Assembly (NCBI RefSeq): GCF_900199515.1
Contig: NZ_LT963434.1
Location: forward strand, 174,057-206,056
DNA length: 32,000 bases
Direction: 5' to 3'
Origin: Massilicoli timonensis
Lineage (GTDB): Bacteria > Bacillota_I > Bacilli_A > Erysipelotrichales > Erysipelotrichaceae
Below are positions 15,751-25,258 of this stretch, in pieces. Both the position numbers and the translations under genes were made by a program. The stretch's first letter is position 1. Each line of letters starts with the position of its first letter. Below the pieces are notes generated by a model. That model did not search any database and had not been told where the DNA came from. It worked only from the letters and a program-made list of their open reading frames with translations.

Positions 15751-17064
15751 ATGAATGTAAATGAACGATTATTCGCTTTTATCAAAAACAGTCCCAGTAT
15801 GTTTCACGCGGTTGATACGATGAAAAAAGAGCTGGCGGCACATGGTTTTATCCTGCTGGATGAAACAAAGCCATGGAAGCTGGAGGCGGGAAAGGACTAT
15901 ATGGTTACCCGCAATCACAGCAGCATCATCGCTTTTCGCATGCCGCAGACAGACGATTATCATTACCAGATCGTCGCCAGCCACAGCGATTCTCCCTGCT
16001 TTTTAGTGAAACCGCATGCAGAGCTTGCCTGCGAAGGTTTTATCAAGCTGAATGTAGAAGTGTACGGCGGTACTTTATTGAGCACCTGGTTTGATCGTCC
16101 GCTTTCTTTAGCCGGCCGTTTGCTGGTAAAGGAAGACGGGAAGATCGTATCCAAATATGTCAATGTCGATCAGGATCTGCTGATCATTCCCAATTTAGCC
16201 ATTCATATGAATCGTGAGGCCAATCAAGGAGTCCGCATCGCCGCGCAGAATGATATTTTGCCTTTGTACGCGATGGGTGAACACACTGATCTGCTGGCAT
16301 GTGTCGCACAGGCAGCCTGTGTAGAGAAAGATGCGATCGTAACGCATGAGCTGTATGTATATCCACGTGCACAGGGAACGCTGCTTGGTGATGGCGGCGC
16401 ATGGATCGGCTGTCCGAAACTGGATAATCTGCAAAGTGCCTTTTCCTCTTTACAGGCGCTCTTGCAGGCTCATCATCCGGGTCACGTCAGCATGCTTTGC
16501 TGCTTCGATAATGAGGAGATCGGCAGCGGCAGCAGACAGGGAGCAGACGGCTGCTTTCTTGCCGATGTGATGGTGCGCATCGATGCGGCTTATGAGAAAA
16601 CACCCGCCCAGCAGGCGGCGATACGGGCACGATCTTTCTTTGTGTCCTGTGACAATGCGCATGCGTTCCATCCGAATTACCCGCAAAAAGCAGATCCCAA
16701 CCATCATGTTTATCTAAACAAAGGGGTCGTGATCAAGCACAGTGCCCGTAAAGCTTATACTTCCGACGCTTTCAGTGCGGCGCTGTTTCGCACGCTCTGT
16801 GAGCAGGCAGACGTGCCGGTACAGGATTTTGTCAATCACAATGAAATCATCGGCGGAGGAACGCTGGGGGCGATCTCCAGCTCACATGTGTCGATTCCCA
16901 GCATCGACATCGGCTTGGCACAGCTGGCAATGCATTCCGCCTATGAAATCGGCGGCGCCAAGGACACTGCTTATATGATCGCTGCTTTAAGCGCTTTTTT
17001 CAGTCATGACATCATCTTATCAAAGGATGGAGAAGGAGCGATACATCCATGCCCAAATCACTAG
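15751..17064 (+). CDS. M18 family aminopeptidase (aspartyl aminopeptidase-like)
   Basis: SPSMFHAV, IVASHSDSPCF, LDNLQS, CFDNEEIGSGSRQGA and LAQLAMHSAYE. ATG 15751 is preferred (GAGGAGG 8 nt upstream) over the ORF-track TTG 15727. Confidence 0.8.
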   Translation: MNVNERLFAFIKNSPSMFHAVDTMKKELAAHGFILLDETKPWKLEAGKDYMVTRNHSSIIAFRMPQTDDYHYQIVASHSDSPCFLVKPHAELACEGFIKLNVEVYGGTLLSTWFDRPLSLAGRLLVKEDGKIVSKYVNVDQDLLIIPNLAIHMNREANQGVRIAAQNDILPLYAMGEHTDLLACVAQAACVEKDAIVTHELYVYPRAQGTLLGDGGAWIGCPKLDNLQSAFSSLQALLQAHHPGHVSMLCCFDNEEIGSGSRQGADGCFLADVMVRIDAAYEKTPAQQAAIRARSFFVSCDNAHAFHPNYPQKADPNHHVYLNKGVVIKHSARKAYTSDAFSAALFRTLCEQADVPVQDFVNHNEIIGGGTLGAISSSHVSIPSIDIGLAQLAMHSAYEIGGAKDTAYMIAALSAFFSHDIILSKDGEGAIHPCPNH

Positions 17065-17948
17065 CGGGCTGTCTGGCCGTAGGGATCAGTTCCCGGGCAT
17101 TGTTTGATCTCTCTTATGAGAATGCGATCTTTGAAAAGGCGGGACTAGAGGCATATACAGACTATCAGCGAGAACATGAGCATGATGTTTTGAAGCCCGG
17201 CACCGGTTTTCCGCTCGTGCGTTCGTTATTAACACTCAATGACCTGGAACCGAAACGCAAACGGGTGGAAGTGGTGATCTTGTCGCATAACAGTGTGGAA
17301 ACAGGATTACGTATCTTTCATTCGATCGCTCACTATCAATTAGATATTTCGCGAGCGGCATTTTGCGGCGATCATGATCTGTTTCCTTATCTGCGTGCCT
17401 TTTCGATCGATCTGTTTTTATCGGCAGAGGAAAGCGATGTGCAAGAGGCGATCCGTCATCACTATGCAGCGGGTTTGATCTATCCTTCTGTAAGCAACGA
17501 GTATGAAGCACTGCCGATCCGCATTGCGTTTGACGGCGACGCGGTCTTATTTTCCGATGAAGCTGAACAGATCTACCAGAAAGAAGGACTGGACGCCTTT
17601 GTCCGCCATGAAGTAGAAAACGCTGCCAAACCGCTTCCACAGGGACCTTTTGCGCATTTCTTGCAGGCGATTGCGCAGCTGCAAGAGGAATTCAAGGGGC
17701 GAGAAGCGCCGATCATCACTGCGCTTGTAACCGCCCGCAATGCACCGGCGCATGAACGGGTCGTATCGACTTTTCGGGCATGGCATGTTACGGTCGATCA
17801 GTCCTTTTTCTTGGGCGGACTAAGCAAACAGCCAATCTTGGCGGCATTTCGTCCGCATATTTTCTTTGATGATCAGCAGGTTCATGGGGAAGCGGCCAGT
17901 GCATTTGTGCCAAGTGCCAGAGTTGCGTACCCAAAGCGGGAATCATGA
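17049..17948 (+). CDS. HAD-superfamily 5'-nucleotidase-like protein (bacterial '5-nucleotidase' family)
   Basis: N-terminal AVGISSRALFDL...YQREHE pattern, HAD motif I IAFDGDAVLF, motif II-like VTARNAP and motif IV IFFDDQ. It overlaps the upstream aminopeptidase gene by 16 nt. Confidence 0.6.
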   Translation: MPKSLAGCLAVGISSRALFDLSYENAIFEKAGLEAYTDYQREHEHDVLKPGTGFPLVRSLLTLNDLEPKRKRVEVVILSHNSVETGLRIFHSIAHYQLDISRAAFCGDHDLFPYLRAFSIDLFLSAEESDVQEAIRHHYAAGLIYPSVSNEYEALPIRIAFDGDAVLFSDEAEQIYQKEGLDAFVRHEVENAAKPLPQGPFAHFLQAIAQLQEEFKGREAPIITALVTARNAPAHERVVSTFRAWHVTVDQSFFLGGLSKQPILAAFRPHIFFDDQQVHGEAASAFVPSARVAYPKRES

Positions 17949-17999
17949 TCAAATTTGTGGTGTTTTTACAACGAATAGTAGCCACATAATTGTGATTTA

Positions 18000-18008
18000 T
18001 GATAAAAT
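18000..18008 (+). promoter_or_regulatory. Extended -10 promoter (TGaTAAAAT) upstream of nusB
   Basis: TG at 18000-18001 and TAAAAT at 18003-18008. Confidence 0.4.
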
Positions 18009-18033
18009 AGGGAAGATGAATGGAGGAATCATT

Positions 18034-18426
18034 ATGCAGGCAAAAAAAGGGATGAACAGACATCAGCTGCGCGAGGTGGGGATGACTTGTCTGTATCAGT
18101 CATTTCTTTTGAACGGCAACATTCGCCAGATCGTATTTGAAAACAGTGAAAGCAATGAGATCGATCCGTTTTTATATACGATCACCATTGATGCAATGAA
18201 ATATAAAGACATCTACATACAAAAGATCAATGCCGTGATCAACAAAGACTGGTCGTTTGATCGTCTGGGCTATGTCGAACAGGCGATCTTGTTAATGGCG
18301 TGCTGTGAACTGGATCTGGAAACGGCGCAAAAAGCAATCGTGATTGATGAAGCGATCACGCTGGCCAAGAAATATTGCGATGATGATGCTTACAAGCTGA
18401 TCAACGGTGTATTGGATCGTCTATGA
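18034..18426 (+). CDS. nusB: Transcription antitermination factor NusB
   Basis: About 130 aa. RHQLREVGMTCLYQ, AILLMACCELD and AITLAKKYCDDDAYKLINGVLD. ATG 18034 has GGAGG 7 nt upstream, so the ORF-track start 17866 is an upstream extension. Confidence 0.85.
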   Translation: MQAKKGMNRHQLREVGMTCLYQSFLLNGNIRQIVFENSESNEIDPFLYTITIDAMKYKDIYIQKINAVINKDWSFDRLGYVEQAILLMACCELDLETAQKAIVIDEAITLAKKYCDDDAYKLINGVLDRL

Positions 18427-19751
18427 AACCGGTATATTCGGTCGGCGCACTGCTTCGCTATATCAAAGCAAGCTATGAACAAGACGAACAACTGCGTGCG
18501 ATTTTGGTAAAAGGTGAAATTTCTAACTTCACTGCACATCGCAGCGGACATTACTATTTCTCTTTGAAGGATACAAGCGGCAGGATCAGCTGCGTGATGT
18601 TTGCGAGCTATGTGCGGAAACTGAATATCAAACTGGAAGAAGGCATGAAAGTAATCGTTCATGCTTCTTTGTCTATGTATGAGGCAACCGGTTCTACGCA
18701 GCTTTATGTAACCGGGGTGCAGGCAGATGGCATCGGCGATCTGTTTCTTCGCTTTGAACAGCTGAAGCGACAGCTAAGGGAAGAAGGACTGTTTGACGAT
18801 GCCCATAAAAAGAAGCTGCCGCTGTATCCGATGGATATCGCGATCATTACCGCTAAAGAAGGAGCGGCGGTCCATGACATCATGACGACGATGAACAAAC
18901 GCTGGCCAATCGCCAAAATATCGCTTTATCCTTCCTTGGTGCAGGGAGAAGGAGCGGCGCTGAATTTGATGGAGCGTTTGCTTCAGGCGGATGAAGCCGG
19001 TCATGATTTGATCATACTGGCACGCGGAGGCGGTTCACTTGAGGATCTGTGGTGTTTCAATGACGAGCGTTTGGCACGTTTGATCTATGATCTGAAAACG
19101 GTCATCGTTACCGGGGTCGGTCATGAAAGCGATACGACACTTGTCGATTATGTTGCCGATCAGCGATTTGCGACACCGACGGCAGCCGTTGCACACAGCG
19201 TCCCGGACTTACGGGAAGTAAAAGAACAGCTGGAAGCGATGAGGAAATATCTTTATGAACGCATATGGACAAGACTGCGTCATGCACATAGCGAGTTGCT
19301 GCTCATCAAACGGTTTCGTTATTTCGATCAGCCGATGCTGTTATTGCATGATGAAGAGATGCGCTTCGCGATGCAGGAACGCCGTTTCTTGGAAACCCGT
19401 CAGCGCTTTTACAAACAGCGTGAGACTTTACAGAAACGCAGTGCGCAGTTCGCCTATTTGAGCAGCCGCTGCATGAAAAAAGAGGAACAGGCATTGCTTA
19501 CGAAAAGACATACGCTCCTTTCTCACATACAGGAAAAACTGAAGATCACCAAGAACACGATGGAAAAGCAGATTGCTCTGTTAGATGCTTATAATCCGCT
19601 TGCGGTGTTAAAGCGAGGCTATGCGATCGTTTCTGATGAAGAAGGGATCATTCGCTCGATCCGCGATGTACATGACAAGGATCGTTTGAGCATTCGCTTG
19701 CAGGATGGACGCATACAAGTCGAAGTCGTGAATCAGGAGGAAAGCAAATGA
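18423..19751 (+). CDS. xseA: Exodeoxyribonuclease VII large subunit
   Basis: OB-fold N-terminus (VKGEISNF...SGHYYFSLKD), RGGGSLEDLW and GHESDTT. It overlaps nusB through ATGA. Confidence 0.95.
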   Translation: MKPVYSVGALLRYIKASYEQDEQLRAILVKGEISNFTAHRSGHYYFSLKDTSGRISCVMFASYVRKLNIKLEEGMKVIVHASLSMYEATGSTQLYVTGVQADGIGDLFLRFEQLKRQLREEGLFDDAHKKKLPLYPMDIAIITAKEGAAVHDIMTTMNKRWPIAKISLYPSLVQGEGAALNLMERLLQADEAGHDLIILARGGGSLEDLWCFNDERLARLIYDLKTVIVTGVGHESDTTLVDYVADQRFATPTAAVAHSVPDLREVKEQLEAMRKYLYERIWTRLRHAHSELLLIKRFRYFDQPMLLLHDEEMRFAMQERRFLETRQRFYKQRETLQKRSAQFAYLSSRCMKKEEQALLTKRHTLLSHIQEKLKITKNTMEKQIALLDAYNPLAVLKRGYAIVSDEEGIIRSIRDVHDKDRLSIRLQDGRIQVEVVNQEESK

Positions 19752-19963
19752 AAGAAAAAATGACATTTCAGGACGCAATGGCGCGTTTAGATGAAATCAC
19801 TGCACAGTTGGAACAAAATGATATCGCTTTAGAAGAAGCCATTGATTTATTTGAAGAGGGGCTGAAGCTGATCCATCAGTGTGATGGACAGCTGAAAGGC
19901 TTTGAAGAAAAGGTTAGCGCTTTATTGGAGCAGTATCAGGAGCGTGATGAAGATGCACTTTGA
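19748..19963 (+). CDS. xseB: Exodeoxyribonuclease VII small subunit
   Basis: 71 aa. FQDAMARLDEITAQLEQNDIALEEAIDLFEEGLKL. It overlaps xseA through ATGA. Confidence 0.9.
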   Translation: MKEKMTFQDAMARLDEITAQLEQNDIALEEAIDLFEEGLKLIHQCDGQLKGFEEKVSALLEQYQERDEDAL

Positions 19964-20789
19964 TACGTATTTGCAAACGACGCTTGATCATCTTGACGCT
20001 TCACGGGTAAAAGAGGCGATGTCCTATTCCTTATTTGCGGGTGGTAAACGGGTGCGCCCACAGCTCGCCATAGCGGCGATGGAAGCATATGGAAAAGATC
20101 CTCAGCAGATCTATCCTTTTGCGGCAGCGCTGGAGATGATCCATACCTATTCTTTGATCCATGACGATCTGCCGGCGATGGATGACGATACGCTGAGACG
20201 AGGCAAGCCGACCTGTCATGTAGCCTTTGATGAAGCAACGGCGATCTTGGCCGGTGACGCATTGTTGAGCGAAGCTTTTTATCAGGTGACGCTTTGTCAT
20301 TGTGATGACAGACAAAAGGTCGCTTTGATCAAGCTGCTTTCTCTTTACAGCGGGGCAAACGGCATGGTGCTCGGTCAGATCTTAGATATGGAAGGGGAGC
20401 GGGGCGATCTAACGGCAGCACAGTTAGAGCGGATCCACGAAAACAAAACGGGGAGGTTATTGACGATTCCTTTTCTGGCAGCGGCCGTTTTATGCGAAAG
20501 GGAAGCGGATCTGCCAATTTGGGAAGAAATCGGCAAACGCTTGGGCTTGTCTTTTCAGATACAGGATGACATATTAGATGTGACCAGCAGCAGTGCGGTC
20601 CTCGGTAAAAATATCAACAGTGATGAAGAAAATCACAAGACGACTTATGTAACGCTTTTGGGTCTTACGCAGGCCAAAGCGCTGGCCGCAGCTTATTATG
20701 AGGAAGCGACGAACTTGCTTCATACGTTGGCGATCGATCCAAAACCGCTGTTACAAGTATTTGAGGCACTTGCCCACCGCAGCTTCTAA
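19947..20789 (+). CDS. ispA: Farnesyl diphosphate synthase (polyprenyl synthetase)
   Basis: FARM LIHDDLPAMDDDTLRRG and SARM FQIQDDILD. The start is uncertain: ATG 19947 or 19953 after AGGAG at 19938-19942. The ORF-track start 19902 lies deep inside xseB. Confidence 0.85.
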   Translation: MKMHFDTYLQTTLDHLDASRVKEAMSYSLFAGGKRVRPQLAIAAMEAYGKDPQQIYPFAAALEMIHTYSLIHDDLPAMDDDTLRRGKPTCHVAFDEATAILAGDALLSEAFYQVTLCHCDDRQKVALIKLLSLYSGANGMVLGQILDMEGERGDLTAAQLERIHENKTGRLLTIPFLAAAVLCEREADLPIWEEIGKRLGLSFQIQDDILDVTSSSAVLGKNINSDEENHKTTYVTLLGLTQAKALAAAYYEEATNLLHTLAIDPKPLLQVFEALAHRSF

Positions 20790-20803
20790 GTAGGAGGGAT
20801 AGT

Positions 20804-22660
20804 ATGAATCTTTTTGATCTGCGATCGCCTGACGATATCAAGGCGCTTAAGGAAGAAGAACTGAAAGAGCTTGCCGAGGAGATCCGCCGTTTTCTGATAA
20901 TGAGCATCGCTAAGACCGGCGGTCATCTCTCCAGCAATCTGGGTGTCGTCGAATTGACGATCGCTTTGCATAAAGTGTTTGATTCTCCACGTGATAAGAT
21001 CTTTTTCGATGTGGGACATCAAAGCTATGTGCATAAGATACTGACCGGGCGGATCAAAGAGTTTAAGACCCTGCGGCAGTATAAAGGACTTTCCGGCTTT
21101 CAGAAGCGGCGTGAGAGCGTGCACGATGTCTGGGAAGCAGGTCATTCTTCAACATCGCTTTCCGCGGCGTTAGGTATGGCGATTGCCCGTGATCTGCAAA
21201 AGGAGCACTATCAAGTCATTCCGGTGATCGGCGACGCCGCATTTGCTTCCGGGATGAGCTTTGAGGCATTGAATCAGATCGGTGAACAGCAGCGCAATAT
21301 GATCATCATTTTGAATGATAATGATATGTCGATTTCTAAAAATGTCGGAGCGATCCAGCAGACCTTGACCAAGATGCGGGTATCGAAGTCTTATACGGCA
21401 TTAAAAAGCGACCTGAAAGGCGCGTTATCAGGCAATCAGGCAGGAAATGCACTATTAAAAGCGATGCGCAGCGTAAAAAACGCTGTGAAGGAAAATGTGA
21501 TTCCGGACAATATTTTTACGGAACTGCACATTGACTATATCGGACCGGTAGACGGACATGACATCGGCGAATTGATCAAAGTATTTGAAAGTGCCAAGCA
21601 GCATCAGGGACCGCTCGTCATACACGTCATCACCAAAAAAGGGAAAGGCTATCCTTATGCAGAAAACGACAAAGAAGGGAAATGGCATGGTGTTTCGCCC
21701 TTTGATATTGAAAGCGGACGTTCGCTGTCCATGCTGCCGCATGGACACAAAAGCTGGAGCGAGATCATAACGGATGCGGTCTGCGATCTGGCTGAGCAAA
21801 ACAAACAGATCGTAGCGATCACACCGGCGATGATCAGCGGCAGTAAATTAGAACGTTTCTTTAGCGCCTATCCGCAGCGCAGCTTTGATTGTGGAATTGC
21901 GGAGGAGCACGCGATGACTTTTGCGGCTGCCTTGGCATTAAACGGATTTCGCCCTTTTATCAGTGTATATTCCTCTTTCTTACAGCGCGCCTATGATCAG
22001 ATCAACCACGATGTGGCCAGAATGGATCTGCCGGTGGTGATCGGTGTCGATCGCGCTGGTCTGGTAGGCGAAGATGGGGAAACGCATCATGGAGTCTTTG
22101 ATATCGCAATGCTGCGCAGTATTCCCAACCTCATCATCGCCCAGCCAAAGGATGCAAAGGAAGCGCGTTCGCTGTTGAAACTGGCATTTTCCGGCAGTCA
22201 TCCTTTTGTGATCCGTTATCCGCGCGGCAGTGAAGCACAGAGCACGGAGTGCGAAGCCATCACCTGCGGTACTTGGGTGAAATATCCATGTATTGCTGAA
22301 GCGAAAGCAATCGTGATCGCATATGGCAGCGATGTGGATAAGATCATCGCAAAGGCAAAGGTCAATGAGATCGCACTGCTCGTTGTGAATGCCCGTTTCT
22401 TTAAGCCGTTAGACCATAACTGTTTAGATGAACTGGCACAAATGCACTTGCCGATCTTCGTTTATGAAACGGATCTGCTTGCGGGCGGCTTATCCTCCGC
22501 CATTTTGGAATATGGAAATGACAGTGGCAAAGACTGGAAGATCCATCGCATCGGCATCGGCGATCATTTTGTCGAACACGGCTCACTGCCGAATTTGCGC
22601 AAGCAGGAGCATATCGATCTGAATACCTTATTTGAGGAGCTGCTGCATGTCATCCGCTAA
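20804..22660 (+). CDS. dxs: 1-deoxy-D-xylulose-5-phosphate synthase
   Basis: GGHLSSNLGVVELT, GHSSTSLSAALGMA, the ThDP motif GDAAF...LNDN, and IAEEHAMTFAAA. Confidence 0.95.
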   Translation: MNLFDLRSPDDIKALKEEELKELAEEIRRFLIMSIAKTGGHLSSNLGVVELTIALHKVFDSPRDKIFFDVGHQSYVHKILTGRIKEFKTLRQYKGLSGFQKRRESVHDVWEAGHSSTSLSAALGMAIARDLQKEHYQVIPVIGDAAFASGMSFEALNQIGEQQRNMIIILNDNDMSISKNVGAIQQTLTKMRVSKSYTALKSDLKGALSGNQAGNALLKAMRSVKNAVKENVIPDNIFTELHIDYIGPVDGHDIGELIKVFESAKQHQGPLVIHVITKKGKGYPYAENDKEGKWHGVSPFDIESGRSLSMLPHGHKSWSEIITDAVCDLAEQNKQIVAITPAMISGSKLERFFSAYPQRSFDCGIAEEHAMTFAAALALNGFRPFISVYSSFLQRAYDQINHDVARMDLPVVIGVDRAGLVGEDGETHHGVFDIAMLRSIPNLIIAQPKDAKEARSLLKLAFSGSHPFVIRYPRGSEAQSTECEAITCGTWVKYPCIAEAKAIVIAYGSDVDKIIAKAKVNEIALLVVNARFFKPLDHNCLDELAQMHLPIFVYETDLLAGGLSSAILEYGNDSGKDWKIHRIGIGDHFVEHGSLPNLRKQEHIDLNTLFEELLHVIR

Positions 22661-23447
22661 AACACGCTTAGATGTGGCTTTAACAGCCCGCGGCTTATTT
22701 GAAACAAGAACACTGGCACAAGATGCGATCAAGGGCGGCTATGTCAAGGTCAATGGTACGACCGTTGTCAAAAGCAGTTATGTGCTAAAGGAAGAAGATA
22801 CCATCGAAGTGCTGCACCGTGAGCTGCAATTTGCTTCACGAGCCGGTTTTAAGCTATACGGTGCGTTGGTTGATTTTGGGATCGATCTGAACGGGCGCAT
22901 CATCGCCGATATCGGTGCCAGTACCGGCGGTTTCAGCGATGTCTGTCTGAAAGAGGGCGCAAAGCATGTTTATGCGATCGATGTCGGGTCGAATCAATTA
23001 TTGCCAAGACTTAGAGATGATCCGCGCATCACGAATTTAGAGCAAGTAAACTGCCGTTACCTCGATCGTTCCTATTTTACAGAACTTCCCGATTTTGCCT
23101 GTGTCGATGTATCCTTTATTTCCTTAAAGCTGATCTTGCCCGCACTGCTTTCTGTCTTATGCGGCGAACAGGAAATGCTGCTGCTTGTCAAACCGCAGTT
23201 TGAGGCAGGGAAGGCGGATATCGGCAAAAACGGCATCGTGAAAAATAAAAAGGTACATATCCGCATACTGCGGGAAATGATGGCTTTCATCCAGTCATTA
23301 GGGTTATCTGTGCAGCACTTGGATGTCAGTTCCATTGCCGGAAGAGATGGCAATCGGGAATATGTGCTGCATGTTTCCAAAAGATGCGCACAACATGATT
23401 TTGATCTGAAACAGATCGTTGAAAAGAAAATAGAAAACAGGTGGTGA
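22647..23447 (+). CDS. tlyA: TlyA/YqxC family rRNA 2'-O-methyltransferase (S4 domain plus FtsJ-like methyltransferase)
   Basis: RLDVALTARGLFETRTLAQDAIKGGYVKVNG (S4 domain) and the SAM motif DIGASTGGFSD. ATG 22647 has GAGGAG 7 nt upstream and overlaps the dxs end by 14 nt. Confidence 0.85.
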   Translation: MSSAKTRLDVALTARGLFETRTLAQDAIKGGYVKVNGTTVVKSSYVLKEEDTIEVLHRELQFASRAGFKLYGALVDFGIDLNGRIIADIGASTGGFSDVCLKEGAKHVYAIDVGSNQLLPRLRDDPRITNLEQVNCRYLDRSYFTELPDFACVDVSFISLKLILPALLSVLCGEQEMLLLVKPQFEAGKADIGKNGIVKNKKVHIRILREMMAFIQSLGLSVQHLDVSSIAGRDGNREYVLHVSKRCAQHDFDLKQIVEKKIENRW

Positions 23448-23451
23448 TCAG

Positions 23452-25104
23452 ATGTTAAAGCAGATCTATGTAAAGGATTTTATCTTATTTGAAGAAATCG
23501 AAATGGAATTTGACCGTGCTTTTTCCGTTTTCTGCGGGGAAACCGGTGCCGGGAAATCACTGCTGATCGATGCGATCAGCGCATTATTAGGCGGCAGGGT
23601 CAATGGAACGCTGGTAAAAAACGGTAAACCAAAAGCGGTCATCGAAGGTGTATTTGAGATTGAAAGCAAAGCAGTACAAGCACTTTTAGAAGAAGCCGGG
23701 ATCGCATTTGAGGAAGATCTGATCATCACCAGAGAAATTAACAGCGATGGGAAAAGTACGGCACGCATCAATCATCGTGTGGTTACGGCTTCGTTATTAA
23801 AGCAGTTAGGGACGCTCTTGGTCGATATCCATTCTCAGCATGACAATCAGTATCTGTTGAATCAACGGTATCATTTACAGCTGTTAGATCAATATGCGGC
23901 TTTACAAGAGCAGCGAAATGCGGTAAGAAAGGCCTATCAGGATTATCAGCGAGAACAGCAAAAGCTTGAGGATGCGCTGCATACCACCTATAACGAAGAT
24001 GATCTGGAGTTTTTACGCTTTCAGATCGATGAGATCGAAAAGGTTGCCTTGGATGAAGAAGCTTATGACGCTTTGCTTGCCGAGGAAAAGCATTGGCTAT
24101 CTTTTGAAAAGCGCGCCACACACCTGAAGCACGCTTTGGCATATTTTGATGATGGCGCTATGAGTGCGCTTTATGAGGGCTGCAAGGCGTTAGATGGAAT
24201 GGATGATGAAATAGTCGAAAAGATCCAAACAGCGCTCTACGATGGCTATTATGCACTGGAAGAAGCCATTTCGGATCTGCATCGCTATGATGAAGGCATG
24301 GAATATGACGAAGCACGCTTCAACGAAGTGCAGGAGCAGTTGTTTGAACTGCATAAGGTCATGCGTAAATCCGGCGGTACGCTGCTTTCCATGATGCAGA
24401 AAAAACAGATGATGGAAGAACGTGTAGAACAGATTACGCATCGGCAGGCATTTCTCGATGAGCAGCAGGCGAAAGTCGATGCTTGTAAAAAAACTTATTT
24501 TGCATTAGCGGAAAAGCTTTCCAAACAGCGCAAGGCAAAGGCCAAAGAACTGGAGCAGGCAATTTTGGTGCAGCTGCGGGATCTGTATTTGGAGCATGCC
24601 CGCTTTACGATCGCTTTTGAGGAAACGATGCAGGCTGATGGCATCGATCAGGTTTCTTTCTTGATCAGTATGAATCCCGGAGCGAAACCGGCTCCGCTTG
24701 CAAAAGTTGCTTCCGGTGGTGAGCTTTCTCGTTTTATGCTGGGCATGAAAGTGATCTTTACTGCACTGGCCGGGATCGATACGGTCATCTTTGATGAAAT
24801 CGATACCGGGGTCAGCGGTCGCGTTGCCCTTGCGATCGGCAGCAAGATGTCCGCGGTTGCGAAACACTCACAAGTATTCGCCGTTACCCATCTTGCTCAG
24901 GTAGCAGCCTATGGGGATACGCAATATCTCGTGGAAAAGCAGATCGAAGCGCATTCGACGCTGACTAAGATCAAAAAGCTGGAACGTCGGGAACGCATTG
25001 AAACGCTCGGTTATATGGCAACTGGTACAACGAGCGAGAGCAGCGTCCATGCGGCCAGTGAACTGTTTGAACAAGTGCGCAAAGAGAAAACAAACGCAGA
25101 CTGA
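23452..25104 (+). CDS. recN: DNA repair protein RecN
   Basis: Walker A GETGAGKS, a long coiled-coil middle region, the signature SGGELSR and Walker B VIFDEIDTG. Confidence 0.95.
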   Translation: MLKQIYVKDFILFEEIEMEFDRAFSVFCGETGAGKSLLIDAISALLGGRVNGTLVKNGKPKAVIEGVFEIESKAVQALLEEAGIAFEEDLIITREINSDGKSTARINHRVVTASLLKQLGTLLVDIHSQHDNQYLLNQRYHLQLLDQYAALQEQRNAVRKAYQDYQREQQKLEDALHTTYNEDDLEFLRFQIDEIEKVALDEEAYDALLAEEKHWLSFEKRATHLKHALAYFDDGAMSALYEGCKALDGMDDEIVEKIQTALYDGYYALEEAISDLHRYDEGMEYDEARFNEVQEQLFELHKVMRKSGGTLLSMMQKKQMMEERVEQITHRQAFLDEQQAKVDACKKTYFALAEKLSKQRKAKAKELEQAILVQLRDLYLEHARFTIAFEETMQADGIDQVSFLISMNPGAKPAPLAKVASGGELSRFMLGMKVIFTALAGIDTVIFDEIDTGVSGRVALAIGSKMSAVAKHSQVFAVTHLAQVAAYGDTQYLVEKQIEAHSTLTKIKKLERRERIETLGYMATGTTSESSVHAASELFEQVRKEKTNAD

Positions 25105-25162
25105 TGCTTGCTATGGTCGGGCAATGTGCGCTGTTTACATGAAATGATTTCTATATATTTTC

Positions 25163-25191
25163 AGATCTGTCTGATCAGGCAGGTCTTTTTT
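25163..25191 (+). terminator. Intrinsic terminator after recN
   Basis: agatctgtc (25163-25171) pairs with the complementary arm ending at 25186 (G:U pairs included), around the palindromic tgatca, followed by six T. Confidence 0.75.
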
Positions 25192-25210
25192 CTGCTGTTA
25201 GGAACTTCCA

Positions 25211-25240
25211 GTATAGTGCTGCTTGCTTACGCCGATACTA
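25211..25240 (+). promoter_or_regulatory. Candidate forespore (sigma-G/F-type) promoter for spoIVB
   Basis: GTATA (25211-25215), 18-nt spacer, GATACTA (25234-25240), compared with the remembered sigma-G consensus GnATR-18-CATnnTA. The first -10 base is a mismatch. Confidence 0.3.
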
Positions 25241-25258
25241 GGCGATAGGAGGTGTTAT

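Noticed and set aside
23380-23451. Search for LexA/Cheo (SOS) boxes (GAAC-N4-GTTC) upstream of recN; dinB upstream (27225..27319) was searched as well
   Set aside because: None was found by eye. recN starts 4 nt after tlyA with no room for its own promoter. I draw no conclusion from the absence.
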